Assembly (NCBI GenBank): GCA_018824115.1 | Contig: JAHJGY010000070.1 | Span: 1,632-65,631 of the forward strand | Reading direction: 5' to 3' | DNA from: Patescibacteria group bacterium | GTDB taxonomy: Bacteria; Patescibacteriota; 4484-211 | Length of the DNA: 64,000 nucleotides | In this document: positions 1 through 10,524 of the stretch, in pieces | Layout: every line of letters begins with the position of its first letter | Numbering within the stretch: position 1 is the stretch's first letter | The notes under the pieces: generated by a model | What the model saw: only the letters and a program-made list of their open reading frames with translations | What the model was told of the DNA's origin: nothing | The model's database searches: none | Program-made: the position numbers and the translations under genes

Positions 1-846
1 TCCGTAAAGTATGGCGAGGAGCGAGAAGATAGTAAAGACTGTTCCTAAAAGCTGGAATTGTGAACGGGCATCAAATAGGGGCAGCCAATCATGATTGTAT
101 TTTACCGAGAACCCATTGGTAGCCATGAGGACTGCTTGTTGGTGAGCTCTAATGCCGTAAGGTGTTAGTAATGTGGCTAAGGCAGAAATAGTGACAATGA
201 AGATCAGGAATTGGTAAAGTTGTTTCTTTTTGGAGGCTGGGAGGAATGAGCGATAAATGTCAAAAAGCTGGAAAACGACAAGTAACGAAAAAAAACAAAA
301 ACCCAGGATAAACCCACCGTGAGCATTAGCCCAGATAACAAATAAGGGTGGAACAATCCAGAATAGCTTTAAGTTAGGCAGTTGCTTTTTGGGTCGATAT
401 TTCGTTTTTTCGTAAATATAGTAAAGGATAGTCAAGCCAAGAAAGGTGATACATTGGGTTCTTAAACCAACGACTTTATTGGCTAAAAGAGCAAAGAGAA
501 TAATGAGAAAGCAAGACTTTGTTGTTTTGAGCCTCTTTTTTGTTATCTGAGTAATTAGCCAAAAGCCAATGGTGACAATTAAGCTGTAAAATAGACTTAT
601 ACCCCAGAGCCCTGAGTATCGGTAAACAAGATACAGAAGAACTTCGGTAAGCCAACTGTGATAAACGTAAGGGTAATCAGGCATAGTGAAAGTGAAGATG
701 TCTTTTTGGGGGATTGTGTGATTCTCCCAAATATAATGGCCGGTAGCCAGGTGGAATCCAAAATCAGGATCAACAGCAACGCTGAGATAGAGAGTGATGG
801 TTAGAAGGAAAAAGATTGTGAGAAATAGCAAGTTCTTTTTTTTCAT
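1..846 (-). CDS. Polytopic membrane protein (GT-C-like / DUF2029-like glycosyltransferase fold?), partial; runs off the window start
   Basis: Manual translation of the minus strand from ATG (revcomp of 844-846) gives MKKKNLLFLTIFFLLTITLYLSVAVDPDF...WANAHGGF... with many hydrophobic segments and no in-frame stop before position 1. It is absent from the ORF track because it is open-ended. The listed 597..779(-) ORF is an out-of-frame overlap. Confidence 0.5.
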   Translation of the reverse strand, partial: MKKKNLLFLTIFFLLTITLYLSVAVDPDFGFHLATGHYIWENHTIPQKDIFTFTMPDYPYVYHSWLTEVLLYLVYRYSGLWGISLFYSLIVTIGFWLITQITKKRLKTTKSCFLIILFALLANKVVGLRTQCITFLGLTILYYIYEKTKYRPKKQLPNLKLFWIVPPLFVIWANAHGGFILGFCFFSLLVVFQLFDIYRSFLPASKKKQLYQFLIFIVTISALATLLTPYGIRAHQQAVLMATNGFSVKYNHDWLPLFDARSQFQLLGTVFTIFSLLAILYG

Positions 847-1140
847 TTTCAACAAAAACCAGTAGTTATTAATGAGAATCCACTCGGAAACTGTTTTCGT
901 TTTTGTACCAAACTAAGAAATCCTTCACTAAACTCGTAAACTCCTCTTCGCTACGCTCGTCGTCAAACAGTACGAGTTCTTCACGCTCAGGATTTCTAGT
1001 TCGGAGCCCCGCCGCCGGCGGGCAGGCGCAAAAACTCAAAATGTTTCTTTGTCGGATTCTCACTAAACTGCTTTTAGGTTTTGATCTCATTTAAATTGTA
1101 ACACGTCAAGTGTGGGTTGGGGTGATACAATAAGGTTATC

Positions 1141-2937
1141 ATGGCTAATGATGCCGAAAGGGTCAAAGAGGCAGTTGATATTGTTTCTTTCGTGAATAAG
1201 TATGTTCCTTTAAAACAGGCAGGCCGGAGTTTCAAGGGCTCATGTCCTTTTCATGAGGAAACAAACCCATCCTTTACCGTATCTCCAGAACGGCAGGCCT
1301 GGTATTGCTTTGGTTGTAATCGTGGAGGGGATGTAATTTCCTTTTTAATGGAGAAAGAAGGTTTAGATTTTGTAGAAGCGTTAAAGATTCTGGCTCAACA
1401 GGCGGGGGTGCAGTTGACACAGTCATTTAGCAAGGAAAGTGTAACGGAAAAAGAACGTCTATTAGAGTTAATGAACTTAACTACCCGTTTCTGTCATCAC
1501 TTGCTGGTTAATCATACTGTTGGTGAGAACGCTTTGAAATACTTGCGCCGGAGAGGGGTGAGCGATGAGGCAATTGAAAAGTTCAATTTAGGTTACGCTC
1601 CTCGTTCTTGGCAAGCAACAAGTAAATTTTTGTTAAAACGTGGGTTTAGATTGAGTGAATTAAATGAGGCGGGGATAGTAATTGATAGGGGGCCTGGCAA
1701 GGGTTGGTACGATCGTTTTCGGGGAAGGATAATGTTTCCTTTGCGAGATCATCTGGGACGAGTGCTTGGATTTAGTGGGCGGGCTTTGTTAGAAACACAG
1801 ACGCCAAAATATCTTAATTCTCCAGTGACGTTGTTATTTAAAAAAAACAAGTTCCTTTTTGGCCTGTGTGAGGGGAAAGAGATAATTCGGGCAAAAGGTG
1901 AAGTAATTCTAGTGGAAGGGAACCTGGATATCATTACCGCCCATCAGCATCAGTATGGGAATGTGGTGGCAACCTTGGGTACTGGATTAACTGATGAACA
2001 AGTATCTCTTTTGAAGCGGTTTGCTCAGAAATTCTTTATTTGCTTTGATGCGGATGAAGCGGGAAGAAAGGCTACTTTGAGGGCACTAGAAGTTGCCCAG
2101 TTTCAGGGAATAGACTTGAAAGTTGTTCGGTTGGAAGGGGGTCAGGATTTAGATCAGGTTCTAAGAGATGATGCTCCTTTATTTAAAAAAAGTTTGGCCG
2201 CGGCGCAGAATGCTTTTGATTATTTAGTTGCTCAAGGTAAAGGAGAATATGATGTGAGTCAGCCCGAGGGAAAGTCTCAGTTGTTGCGTTTTGTTTTTCC
2301 GTTTATTAATAAAACGGCTGCGGAGGTGGTGAAAAGGTCGTATATTACTTTGCTAAGTGAGGAGCTGAACATCGAGGAGGCAGTGGTTCTGGCTGACCTG
2401 AATACGCTGCAGCAACAAGCAGGTGTAAGACAAGAAGAGGGTGCAGTAACTGGAAGGACTAAACTAATGACTGCTCAAAAGGGTCGCTACGAAGTTGTTT
2501 GTGAGAATTTACTATCTTTGATTATTGAAACGCCACCAGTAGTTTGGCGAGATGAAGAATTTTACCAGCTTATGAAAAGCATACCTGATGAGTTCTGGGT
2601 TTTACCAGCACACCAGGGTATTTGGCGGGTAATTAGCGGGCAACTTAAGGAAACACCGAGATTGGATGTGGATGCTCTGTCCGAACAGTTACTAGCTTTA
2701 GAAAAGAAAATTCTCAACTTGCTAGTTATGAAAAGCCTTGCTAAAATAGACAGCAGTAATGCCTTTTGGAGCCAGTTAATTGCTGCGGTTATGGAATTCA
2801 AAAGGGCATTTTTGAAGAAGAGAATTGCCGAGTTTTCAGCGAAAATCAAGGAAGCGGAGAATCGAGGGGACAAAGGCACTGTAGCAGAATTAATGGGGAA
2901 GGTTCGTGAGTTCAGTGAGAAATTAAATGCCATCTAA
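1141..2937 (+). CDS. dnaG: DNA primase DnaG
   Basis: N-terminal CHC2 zinc finger ([11 protein letters not shown]...CFGC), TOPRIM (EGNLD), 598 aa; 11-nt overlap with the downstream rpoD gives the classic dnaG-rpoD arrangement. Confidence 0.9.
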   Translation: MANDAERVKEAVDIVSFVNKYVPLKQAGRSFKGSCPFHEETNPSFTVSPERQAWYCFGCNRGGDVISFLMEKEGLDFVEALKILAQQAGVQLTQSFSKESVTEKERLLELMNLTTRFCHHLLVNHTVGENALKYLRRRGVSDEAIEKFNLGYAPRSWQATSKFLLKRGFRLSELNEAGIVIDRGPGKGWYDRFRGRIMFPLRDHLGRVLGFSGRALLETQTPKYLNSPVTLLFKKNKFLFGLCEGKEIIRAKGEVILVEGNLDIITAHQHQYGNVVATLGTGLTDEQVSLLKRFAQKFFICFDADEAGRKATLRALEVAQFQGIDLKVVRLEGGQDLDQVLRDDAPLFKKSLAAAQNAFDYLVAQGKGEYDVSQPEGKSQLLRFVFPFINKTAAEVVKRSYITLLSEELNIEEAVVLADLNTLQQQAGVRQEEGAVTGRTKLMTAQKGRYEVVCENLLSLIIETPPVVWRDEEFYQLMKSIPDEFWVLPAHQGIWRVISGQLKETPRLDVDALSEQLLALEKKILNLLVMKSLAKIDSSNAFWSQLIAAVMEFKRAFLKKRIAEFSAKIKEAENRGDKGTVAELMGKVREFSEKLNAI

Positions 2938-4012
2938 AGCTGATACCCATAAAATAAAAAAGTTAGTTAAGTTAGGTAAACAGAAAGGTTATCTCACAAT
3001 CGAGGATATTCTGGTCATTTTCCCTAAGGCCGAGGAGGATATTGAAGTATTGGATCATTTGTATCAAGTATTGCTGGAGGAAAGTATTGATCTACTGGAT
3101 ACCCAAGGCAAATCTGAGGACGAAGAACTGGAAGAGTCTAAGCTGGTTAAGGATTTAGAAAAGGTGGCTACGGTTTCCGCGCGGGTGAAAACAGATTCTA
3201 TACGTATGTACCTTTCCGAGATTGGTAAAGTGCCTTTATTGGTTAAAGAGGAGGAAGTGGATTTGGCAAAGAGGGTAGAAGGGGGAGAGAAGGCTGCAGT
3301 AGAGAAGTTAATTCGATCAAATCTTCGCCTAGTTGTTTCGTTGGCGAAGAAATATCTGGGTCGAGGGTTAAGTATGCTGGATTTAATCCAAGAGGGAAAT
3401 ATTGGATTAATGAAGGCGGTATATAAATATGATTGGCGACGCGGGTTTAAATTTTCTACCTATGCTACTTGGTGGATTCGTCAGGCAATTACTCGGGCAA
3501 TTGCCGATCAGGCACGGACAATCCGAATTCCTGTCCATATGGTGGAGACGAAAAATAAGTATTTTAGAACCGCACGTCGCTTAGCTCAGGAATTAGGTCG
3601 TGAACCAGATCCAGGAGAAGTTGCCGAAGAAATGGGTATTCCCGAAGAGAAGGCCTATCAGATTATTCGCATTGCTCAAGAGCCATTGTCTCTAGAGAAG
3701 CCGGTGGGAGAAGAAGAGGATTCTAAATTAGGAGATTTTCTGGAAGATAAACTGGTTATGTCGCCTGACGAAGCGGCATCCCAGGAACTATTAAAAGACC
3801 ACCTCGGCCAGGTGTTAGATAGTTTGCCTCCTCGAGAGCGAAAGGTGTTAAGCTTGCGTTTTGGTCTAGAAACTGGAAGACAGAGGACATTAGAGGAAGT
3901 AGGACGTATGTTTGGTGTAACACGAGAAAGGATAAGGCAGATAGAAGCGAAAGCATTGCGTAAACTTCGTCATCCGACGCGGGCGAAGAAGCTAAAGGAT
4001 TACTTGGGTTAG
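2927..4012 (+). CDS. rpoD: RNA polymerase sigma-70 family factor (compact primary-like sigma, lacks region 1.1)
   Basis: Region 2 ([18 protein letters not shown]...[13 protein letters not shown]), region 3 and region 4 (LSLRFGL...TLEEVG...[18 protein letters not shown]) are all recognisable. Confidence 0.9.
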   Translation: MPSKADTHKIKKLVKLGKQKGYLTIEDILVIFPKAEEDIEVLDHLYQVLLEESIDLLDTQGKSEDEELEESKLVKDLEKVATVSARVKTDSIRMYLSEIGKVPLLVKEEEVDLAKRVEGGEKAAVEKLIRSNLRLVVSLAKKYLGRGLSMLDLIQEGNIGLMKAVYKYDWRRGFKFSTYATWWIRQAITRAIADQARTIRIPVHMVETKNKYFRTARRLAQELGREPDPGEVAEEMGIPEEKAYQIIRIAQEPLSLEKPVGEEEDSKLGDFLEDKLVMSPDEAASQELLKDHLGQVLDSLPPRERKVLSLRFGLETGRQRTLEEVGRMFGVTRERIRQIEAKALRKLRHPTRAKKLKDYLG

Positions 4013-4539
4013 ATATTATACACAGAGGTGGACGTGGAGGGCGTGGGTTGGAAGACCAGTGAGTTGCGAACGGTAAAACAAGCTTCTTCTATGGAGCACT
4101 GCTTGATGGCCACGATTTCCGACGCAATTAGAGAAATTGCCAAGGTGTAGAGTCGTCTTTTAGACAAAGAGAGGCTTTTTCCTTCTTGTTGGCGGTAAAT
4201 TTTTTCATAGAACAGAAATTTAATGATGTTGAGAACATTAGTGGGATCGGTTAAGTTGATCTCCTGTGGGATCTTTGCAGTCCGCAGGAAATCTTGTTGA
4301 TCTCCCAGGAGTGGTTCTTTAAGAATTTCGAGCAGAGTGATAATTTTGTCCACAGGTAATGGCAGGCGCAATCCAACAGTGTTAGCGGTATCAACGGGGA
4401 TTTTTATGATGATCTCCTCCAGAAGAGGATTGATGACATAGCAGGTTTTCTTTTGATCGCAGATTAAAATATGAGCGAGATCGATAATTTCTCCCGCACC
4501 GAATCGAGGATGAATCACATATTGGCCTACGGAAAACAT
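4009..4539 (-). CDS. CarD/CdnL family RNAP-interacting transcription regulator
   Basis: N-terminal [17 protein letters not shown] matches the CarD_CdnL_TRCF RNAP-interaction domain signature; about 176 aa. Confidence 0.7.
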   Translation of the reverse strand: MFSVGQYVIHPRFGAGEIIDLAHILICDQKKTCYVINPLLEEIIIKIPVDTANTVGLRLPLPVDKIITLLEILKEPLLGDQQDFLRTAKIPQEINLTDPTNVLNIIKFLFYEKIYRQQEGKSLSLSKRRLYTLAISLIASEIVAIKQCSIEEACFTVRNSLVFQPTPSTSTSVYNI

Positions 4540-4797
4540 AGTTCAAGTTTACCTTATTATAGCAAGAACTTTAAGTTTTTACAATCACCGGATTTGTGTG
4601 GTATGATTCAGCTAAGTAGGGCCCGGATTCGAGTTGGTTATTCTGACTTGAACCCACCTTGTTTTTATTGAGCCCGCCCAAAATCGCCCCCGGCGATATT
4701 GTGGCGGACTAATCCCGCCCGCCTCGCTACGCGAAGCGTTGCGGGCAGGTCGGCGCAACCCCGCTTAGCGGGGGCGCTCATTGAGGGGGTGATTTAT

Positions 4798-5010
4798 ATG
4801 ACGGTGAAGATTATTGAATTAGTTGGGACTTCTCCGGAGAATTTTGGCGAAGCGGTTGAGAATGCAGTCGAAAGGGCTTCGAGAACAATCCGCAATATTT
4901 CTGGTGTTGATATTATAAAATTTTCGGCTAAGACCGAGAAAGGTAAGATTGTTGAGTATCGAGCGAATGTTAAAATTGCTTTTACGGTGGAGGACGGAGA
5001 GGGAGTGTAA
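4798..5010 (+). CDS. Dodecin-family small flavin-binding protein (~70 aa)
   Basis: MTVKIIELVGTSPENFGEAVENAVERAS...; size and motif are typical of dodecin. Start placed at the internal ATG preceded by gagggggtga (SD). The ORF-track start at 4699 falls in a GC-rich non-coding leader. Confidence 0.65.
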   Translation: MTVKIIELVGTSPENFGEAVENAVERASRTIRNISGVDIIKFSAKTEKGKIVEYRANVKIAFTVEDGEGV

Positions 5011-5055
5011 TTTGTAAGAAGCTAACTAGCTAATGAAGCTAATAAGCTTTGTATC

Positions 5056-6012
5056 ATGTTTGATATTGTTTCTATTGGCCACGCCACAGTCGATTTTTTT
5101 CTGGAGCTTGACCCTAAGATGGCGCCATTGATGTGGTCGGAAAAAAAGAAGGAATCCTTTGTTTGTTTAGATTTTGACGATAAAACCCCGGTTAAAAAGA
5201 CAAGTTGGTCTCTAGGTGGTAATGCGGTAAACAGCGGGATTGGGTTGTGTCGTTTAGGTGTTAATATAGCTCTGGTTTCGGAAGTGGGGCAAGATGAGTG
5301 GGGAGATTTAGTACGTCGGGTACTGCTAGAGGAGAAGCTGAAGCTGGATTATTTTAGGATTAATCCGGGACAGGTGACTGATTTGTCTGTGATCCTAATA
5401 CTTAAGGGTGAGCGGACGATCCTTGCTTATCACTACCCGCGTGATTATTGGTTTCCTGAAGAGTTTCCCAAAACAAAATGGATTTATCTAACCTCGCTGG
5501 GGAAGAAATTTCCCGCCTTTCATGACCAACTGATTCTCTTGTTGGAACAGACGGATATTCGGCTGGCTTATAATCCGGGGATGCATGAGTTATTAGTCGG
5601 AAGAGAGGCGAGTAGCAAGATAATTAAAAGATCCGAAGTATTGCTGGTAAATCGAGAGGAGGCAGGAGAATTAGTTGGCCAGAGGCCCTCGCAGGTGAAT
5701 GAGCAGTTATTGATTGACTTGCGTAATTTGGGGCCGGAGATAGTGGTAATTACAGACGGGAAAGATGGAAGCTTTGCCTACGATGGTAATAAGTTTTACC
5801 AACAAGGAGTTTGTTCGGCTGAACGAGTCGAAATGACTGGAGCCGGAGATTCTTTCTCGGCTGGGTTTCTAGCAGCCCTCACTCACGATAAGGGCATTAC
5901 GGAAGCGCTCAAGTGGGGAACAGTTAATAGCGCCTCGGTAATAGGTTTTGTTGGTTCTACGGAAGGGCTTCTTACGCTTGATGTTCTAGAAGAGAGAGTA
6001 AGTAGGTTATAG
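5056..6012 (+). CDS. PfkB-family carbohydrate kinase (ribokinase-like)
   Basis: C-terminal TGAGDSF anion-hole motif and the N-terminal GG dipeptide region; 318 aa. Confidence 0.8.
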   Translation: MFDIVSIGHATVDFFLELDPKMAPLMWSEKKKESFVCLDFDDKTPVKKTSWSLGGNAVNSGIGLCRLGVNIALVSEVGQDEWGDLVRRVLLEEKLKLDYFRINPGQVTDLSVILILKGERTILAYHYPRDYWFPEEFPKTKWIYLTSLGKKFPAFHDQLILLLEQTDIRLAYNPGMHELLVGREASSKIIKRSEVLLVNREEAGELVGQRPSQVNEQLLIDLRNLGPEIVVITDGKDGSFAYDGNKFYQQGVCSAERVEMTGAGDSFSAGFLAALTHDKGITEALKWGTVNSASVIGFVGSTEGLLTLDVLEERVSRL

Positions 6013-6246
6013 TATTTATTTCCTAAGAGTATAATTGTGCACACGTGAACCTTCTAGACGAGACCTTTTCCTTGCCGTAATTTGTGTAATCATGTTTTCA
6101 CGTTTCATAACGTCCTCTCCCCTTGTCTGCCGCCATTGCCTTTCGTGGTGCTAATTATGGCGTTTTAGTTATTGTATTTATGCGCTGATCCAGGCCGATG
6201 ATACGCCCAATCCCTGTTAGATAAGTAAAAACATCGCCCAATCACA

Positions 6247-6275
6247 TTGCAAGGCCCATAGGAATTGGTTATAAT
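6247..6275 (+). promoter_or_regulatory. Sigma-70-like promoter (TTGCAA-17 nt-TATAAT) for the GC-rich beta-helix gene; ~215 nt leader
   Basis: TTGCAA at 6247-6252, TATAAT at 6270-6275, with 17-nt spacing. Confidence 0.4.
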
Positions 6276-6490
6276 ATAGGTACAGAAAGTTTCTCTAGGC
6301 TTTCTGTTTTGGCACGTTAACAATCCTAGCTTTTCCAACCGGGAACTCGCGAAGAGTATTAATGGGGTCTAAGCTCCAAACTCTAAGTGAGAGGAGAATT
6401 GGGTTGATATTTTGTAGTTAGGTTTAGCTGGACCATTTAGTTTTTCCGTTTGGCGGGCACTGCCCGCCCCTAATCTCTGAGGAGGTAAGA

Positions 6491-8245
6491 ATGAGCAAGA
6501 ATCATACTTGGCTGGCCATTGGGCTGGCAGTAGCTCTCCTTGTTTGTCTGGCCGTGACTGTTACGGCCCAAACGAATGAGGGTGTCGTGGCATCGTGTTT
6601 GGTGCGCGTGGGTGAAGTGGACTATACCAACGTGCAGGATGCTGTGGACGCAGCCCGGCCGGGCGATGTAGTTAAAGTCGCCGGTTATTGTGCCGGGTCT
6701 GGGGTGTCAACCCAGTATTACATTACGGTTGACACTATGTTCCCCGAGCAGGAGGCAGTGGTTCTGCGGGCGTCCCCTGCAGTCCAAGTTATTAGAGGGC
6801 AAGGAGGGCGATTCAAGACCCTGTTTGCCGAGTCTGGGGTCGAGGTAAGTCATGCGGTAGTGATCGCCAAGTCCATTACCATCCGTGGCGGTTACGACCC
6901 GTCGGACTGGGAACAGTCCGACCCCGATGTCCACCCGGCCACGATAGATGCTGGGGGCGAAGCCTACGGCATTTACGTTACCGACGGTAACGTTGTCGTG
7001 GAGAATCTCCGGGTGACCGGTGGTTATGGGTGGAACGGCGCGGGAATGCGGGTTGAGGGCTGGTCCGCGAACTTGGTGATGAGCAACTGCGTGATTTTCG
7101 ATAACCATGCCCATTACGACGGCGGCGGACTGTACATCCTGGAAGATGATGAGGCTGAGTTGATCGGTAATACCATCTACTCCAACACCGCTGGCTACAG
7201 TGGCGGTGGGATGTCTCTCGTTCGGTCCAACGCTATGGTGATCAGTAACACCATCCGCTATAACCGTGCTGGCAATGGCGGTGGCGGGCTTGAGATGTGG
7301 TACAGCGATGCCGTGCTCCGCGGCAACGAGATCTTTTCTAACACATCTCTTGCTGATGGGGGAGGGGTGCTTCTCTACAATAGTGATGCTTTAGTGGAGG
7401 GTAATCGTATCCAGGGGAACGTTGCCGACCCCACGGAGTATGGGAAGGGTGGTGGCCTGGACCTATATGGTAGCGATGCCACCCTGCGTGGGAACGCGAT
7501 CGTTTCCAACGTTGCCTGGCTTGCAGGCGCTCTATACGTCTACGATAGTGTACCTGTATTCGAAAACAATTACCTTTGCAACCAGGCGACGATCACAACC
7601 TCCCATGAGACGTATCCCCACTGGCTTGTCCCGGTTGCCCTTGAACTTTCCCCGCTGACCGAGACAATCCTGGCGGGCAACAGCCAAGCCTATAGCGCAC
7701 GGGCTTTGGGTATCCATGACAACACCTGGTGCGCACGTGGAGTCGCCTACTCCACACCTGCAGAAGCAGGTGGCGTCTGGGAGAACGACATCTACGTTTC
7801 CGAAAATGCCGGGACCTGGACGGTCATCGGCAAGTACGAGGAGGTGAGCGGTTACGCCGAGCTGGTTGTGAAACCAATCCCCACCCACCTCGTCTACCTG
7901 CCGCTGGTGGCCCGGAACTATGAGGGACCTAGACTCGAGGCGGATCCGACTAGCCTCGAGTTTGTAGTTTCGGCAGCGGAGACGGAGGAGGCGGATGTGA
8001 CACTCCGCAATGTGGGGTCTGAGCTATTGGAGATTTGGCTCAGGAATAAGGAGGAAATCCCCGCCTGGTTTGATATAGATGCTCCGGGCACGACCTTGAT
8101 CCTGCCCGGAAGTTGGACGACCATGCAGGTTAGAGTTGATTCTGCCGGTATGGAAGTTGGCGAGTATAGATACACGCTTGCCATTGAGTCCAACGGGGGT
8201 AATGCGAGTGTCGCAGTGACGATGATTGTCGTCGCGACGCCCTAA
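6491..8245 (+). CDS. Secreted right-handed parallel beta-helix repeat protein (pectate-lyase-fold / adhesin-like)
   Basis: N-terminal signal peptide (MSKNHTWLAIGLAVALLVCLAVTVTAQ). Many repeats of the G-N-x-I/V-x-x-N pattern (GNTIYSNTAGYSGGG, SNTIRYNRAGNGGGG, GNEIFSNTSLADGGG, GNRIQGNV...). The gene is visibly much more GC-rich than its neighbours. Confidence 0.75.
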   Translation: MSKNHTWLAIGLAVALLVCLAVTVTAQTNEGVVASCLVRVGEVDYTNVQDAVDAARPGDVVKVAGYCAGSGVSTQYYITVDTMFPEQEAVVLRASPAVQVIRGQGGRFKTLFAESGVEVSHAVVIAKSITIRGGYDPSDWEQSDPDVHPATIDAGGEAYGIYVTDGNVVVENLRVTGGYGWNGAGMRVEGWSANLVMSNCVIFDNHAHYDGGGLYILEDDEAELIGNTIYSNTAGYSGGGMSLVRSNAMVISNTIRYNRAGNGGGGLEMWYSDAVLRGNEIFSNTSLADGGGVLLYNSDALVEGNRIQGNVADPTEYGKGGGLDLYGSDATLRGNAIVSNVAWLAGALYVYDSVPVFENNYLCNQATITTSHETYPHWLVPVALELSPLTETILAGNSQAYSARALGIHDNTWCARGVAYSTPAEAGGVWENDIYVSENAGTWTVIGKYEEVSGYAELVVKPIPTHLVYLPLVARNYEGPRLEADPTSLEFVVSAAETEEADVTLRNVGSELLEIWLRNKEEIPAWFDIDAPGTTLILPGSWTTMQVRVDSAGMEVGEYRYTLAIESNGGNASVAVTMIVVATP

Positions 8246-8260
8246 TCTCCAGTTAGCTTA

Positions 8261-8288
8261 GGAACAGGGGTTTCCCGGCCCCTGTTCC
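8261..8288 (+). terminator. Hairpin ggaacagggg-tttcccggc-ccctgttcc downstream of the beta-helix gene
   Basis: Perfect 10-bp inverted repeat. Confidence 0.4.
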
Positions 8289-8305
8289 CCAGAAACAAAC
8301 ATTAA

Positions 8306-8376
8306 GGCCCCGGAGGGGCCGCCGACAAAATGTCAGAACTAACGACATCGGCGGCCCCTTACCCGGGGCCTTTTGT
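8306..8376 (+). terminator. Strong nested GC hairpin followed by a T-run (rho-independent terminator)
   Basis: Outer stem ggccccgg...ccggggcc and inner stem ggccgccga...tcggcggcc, followed by ttttgtt. Confidence 0.6.
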
Positions 8377-8512
8377 TATTTACGGGTCCCCTTCTGGCCG
8401 TGGTAGCTCCGGGTGCTTCATGAGGGGTTTGTTTCTCTCTGGGTGGTGTGAGGGAGCGGCTATTTAACCCGGTTGTTGCCAGTAGGTTTCGGGCTGTGTT
8501 AACCTAATAAGA

Positions 8513-9658
8513 GTGAATAATAAACTTTGGCGCGCAGTTTCTTTACAAATAGGTACAATTATTGGGGCAGGCATTTTTGGACTGCCTTACGCTATTGCCC
8601 ACGCAGGTTTGCCTTTGGGTGTTTTCTATTTGGTTTTTCTGACAATAATTAGTTTGTTGGTAAATCTCGCTTATGCCGAGGTTATTTTGCGGACCCCGGG
8701 AGATCACCAGTTAACCGGCTATAGCCGGTTATATTTGCGGAGGGCCGGTACGGTTTTGGGCTCAATGGCCTTAATGGCAGGTTCGTATGGAGCGCTCTTA
8801 GCTTACACGGCTCAGATGGGTAAGTTTGCCAGCCTTTTGTCCTCAACACTAAACACAGATTTCTTCTTTAGTTTAGCTATTTTTTCTTTTGCCGTGTTGG
8901 CGGTGGTTTCGGGTTTAAAACGGATTTCTCAGTTGGAATCGCTCATTGTTCCGGGGATTATCACCGTGGTTTTTTTGGTTATTATTTTGGGTTTAAAAGA
9001 ATTTGAATTTGGAAATATCCCTTTGGGCTTTAATGATTTGGGGGCGGCAATTACCCCTTATGGCGTGATATTCTTTGCCCTTAGCGGCACTTCGGTGATA
9101 CCAGAGGTAGAGGAGGTACTGCGCGATAAGCGTCAGTTGATGAAGAAAGCGATGTTATTGGGAACGCTAGTTCCCGCTGTAATTTATCTGGTTTTTACGT
9201 TAGTGATTATTGGTATTTCGGGGGCGGCCACTTCGGCAGATGCTGTGAGTGGGTTACAACCGTTCTTACCACTATTTATTATTAAAATCGGTGCCTTATT
9301 AGGTTTGTTAACTATGTTTTCTTCTTTCTTAACCCTGAGTTATGTATTAAAGGAGATGTTTTATCGCGATTTTGGTTTAAATACTTCTTTAGCATGGCTG
9401 CTTAGTTTCGGGCCGCCATTGGCTTTATTTCTTTTGGGAACTCGCGGCTTTATTAGGATTCTGGAAGTTAGCGGGAGTTTAATGGGCGGCTTAACAGGAA
9501 TAATTATCATGCAGCTTTTCCTGCAAGCCAAGAAAGAAGGCCAACGAGAGTCGCCTTTAGATTTATCTTTACCACATTGGGTCATTGTTTTAATTTGTTT
9601 GGTGTTTGTTGGGGGGATGGCGTATGAGGTGATACCGATGATTGTTCGGTTGTTGTGA
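8513..9658 (+). CDS. Amino-acid permease (HAAAP/aromatic amino acid:H+ symporter-like)
   Basis: About 11 predicted TM segments; the N-terminus GTIIGAGIFGLPYAIAHAGL is typical of Tyr/Trp-specific permeases. Confidence 0.75.
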   Translation: MNNKLWRAVSLQIGTIIGAGIFGLPYAIAHAGLPLGVFYLVFLTIISLLVNLAYAEVILRTPGDHQLTGYSRLYLRRAGTVLGSMALMAGSYGALLAYTAQMGKFASLLSSTLNTDFFFSLAIFSFAVLAVVSGLKRISQLESLIVPGIITVVFLVIILGLKEFEFGNIPLGFNDLGAAITPYGVIFFALSGTSVIPEVEEVLRDKRQLMKKAMLLGTLVPAVIYLVFTLVIIGISGAATSADAVSGLQPFLPLFIIKIGALLGLLTMFSSFLTLSYVLKEMFYRDFGLNTSLAWLLSFGPPLALFLLGTRGFIRILEVSGSLMGGLTGIIIMQLFLQAKKEGQRESPLDLSLPHWVIVLICLVFVGGMAYEVIPMIVRLL

Positions 9659-9710
9659 ATTTAATAAAGCTCTAACTCGTTTAATTTGACCAGCGCAACA
9701 ACACATATCT

Positions 9711-10367
9711 ATGTTTCTTGTTCAACCTTATGGTTTAATTATTCTCACGGCCGTTGTTCTTGGTTATTCTTTGTTTCGACGCCGTGTTAGTTCTCTTTCT
9801 ATTACTCCTAAACAACAGGAGACGCTGTTGCTGTTTGTTTTAGTATTTGGACTAGTTGGTGCTCGTTTATACCATGTACTTACCGAGTATTATCGCTACC
9901 AAGGTAATTGGATACAAGTTTTGTGGTGGTGGAAAGGAGGGCTAGGTATCTATGGGGCCGTGTTAGGGGCAATTGCAGCCGGAGCTATTTTTTCGCGAAG
10001 AAACCAAATTTCCCTGCTTCTACTTTTAGATGCCGCAGTACCCTGTCTTTTGCTGGGGCAATCGGTAGGCCGTTTGGCGAATGTAATTAATGAGGAGTTA
10101 CTGCCTTTTGCCTGGTACGATGCGCTTTTATGCCTTTTTCTGTCTGCGGGCATTATTCTTTTGGAGGGGTACTTTCGTTTTAGGCTGGGTTCAGGGAAAG
10201 TAACAGCGGGGTATTTGATAGGTTATGGCACTGGTCGATTTTTTCTTGAGATGTTTAGGGTGCCGCGGTTGTGGCTGGGGTTAGTTAGTTTTACTCAGCT
10301 TGTCAGTTTGATGTTTGTTTTGGTTGGGATATATCTTTTTAAACATCTTGACAGAATATTTAATTAG
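9711..10367 (+). CDS. lgt: Prolipoprotein diacylglyceryl transferase
   Basis: Lgt signature G-x-R-x-x-N-x-x-N-x-E (VGRLANVINEEL) and the GGLGIYGAVLGAI segment; polytopic. Confidence 0.8.
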   Translation: MFLVQPYGLIILTAVVLGYSLFRRRVSSLSITPKQQETLLLFVLVFGLVGARLYHVLTEYYRYQGNWIQVLWWWKGGLGIYGAVLGAIAAGAIFSRRNQISLLLLLDAAVPCLLLGQSVGRLANVINEELLPFAWYDALLCLFLSAGIILLEGYFRFRLGSGKVTAGYLIGYGTGRFFLEMFRVPRLWLGLVSFTQLVSLMFVLVGIYLFKHLDRIFN

Positions 10368-10524
10368 CCATATAATGTGCGCGTTATCTTTCAGTATTTA
10401 TCCGCCTCAGTTATTGCTTATCCCTTAACTTAAGCCGTCTGTGTGGGCTGGGTGTGGTTTGCGTTTGATTAGGAGATGTAGTAAGCTCTCTTTGTTAAAC
10501 GTGATGAGTTTTGGAGGTTAGAGT

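Noticed and set aside
597-1090. ORF-track entries 597..779(-) and 869..1090(-)
   Set aside because: The first overlaps, out of frame, a much longer open-ended membrane-protein reading frame that I could translate continuously from 846 down to position 1. The second lies in the divergent promoter region and has no support.
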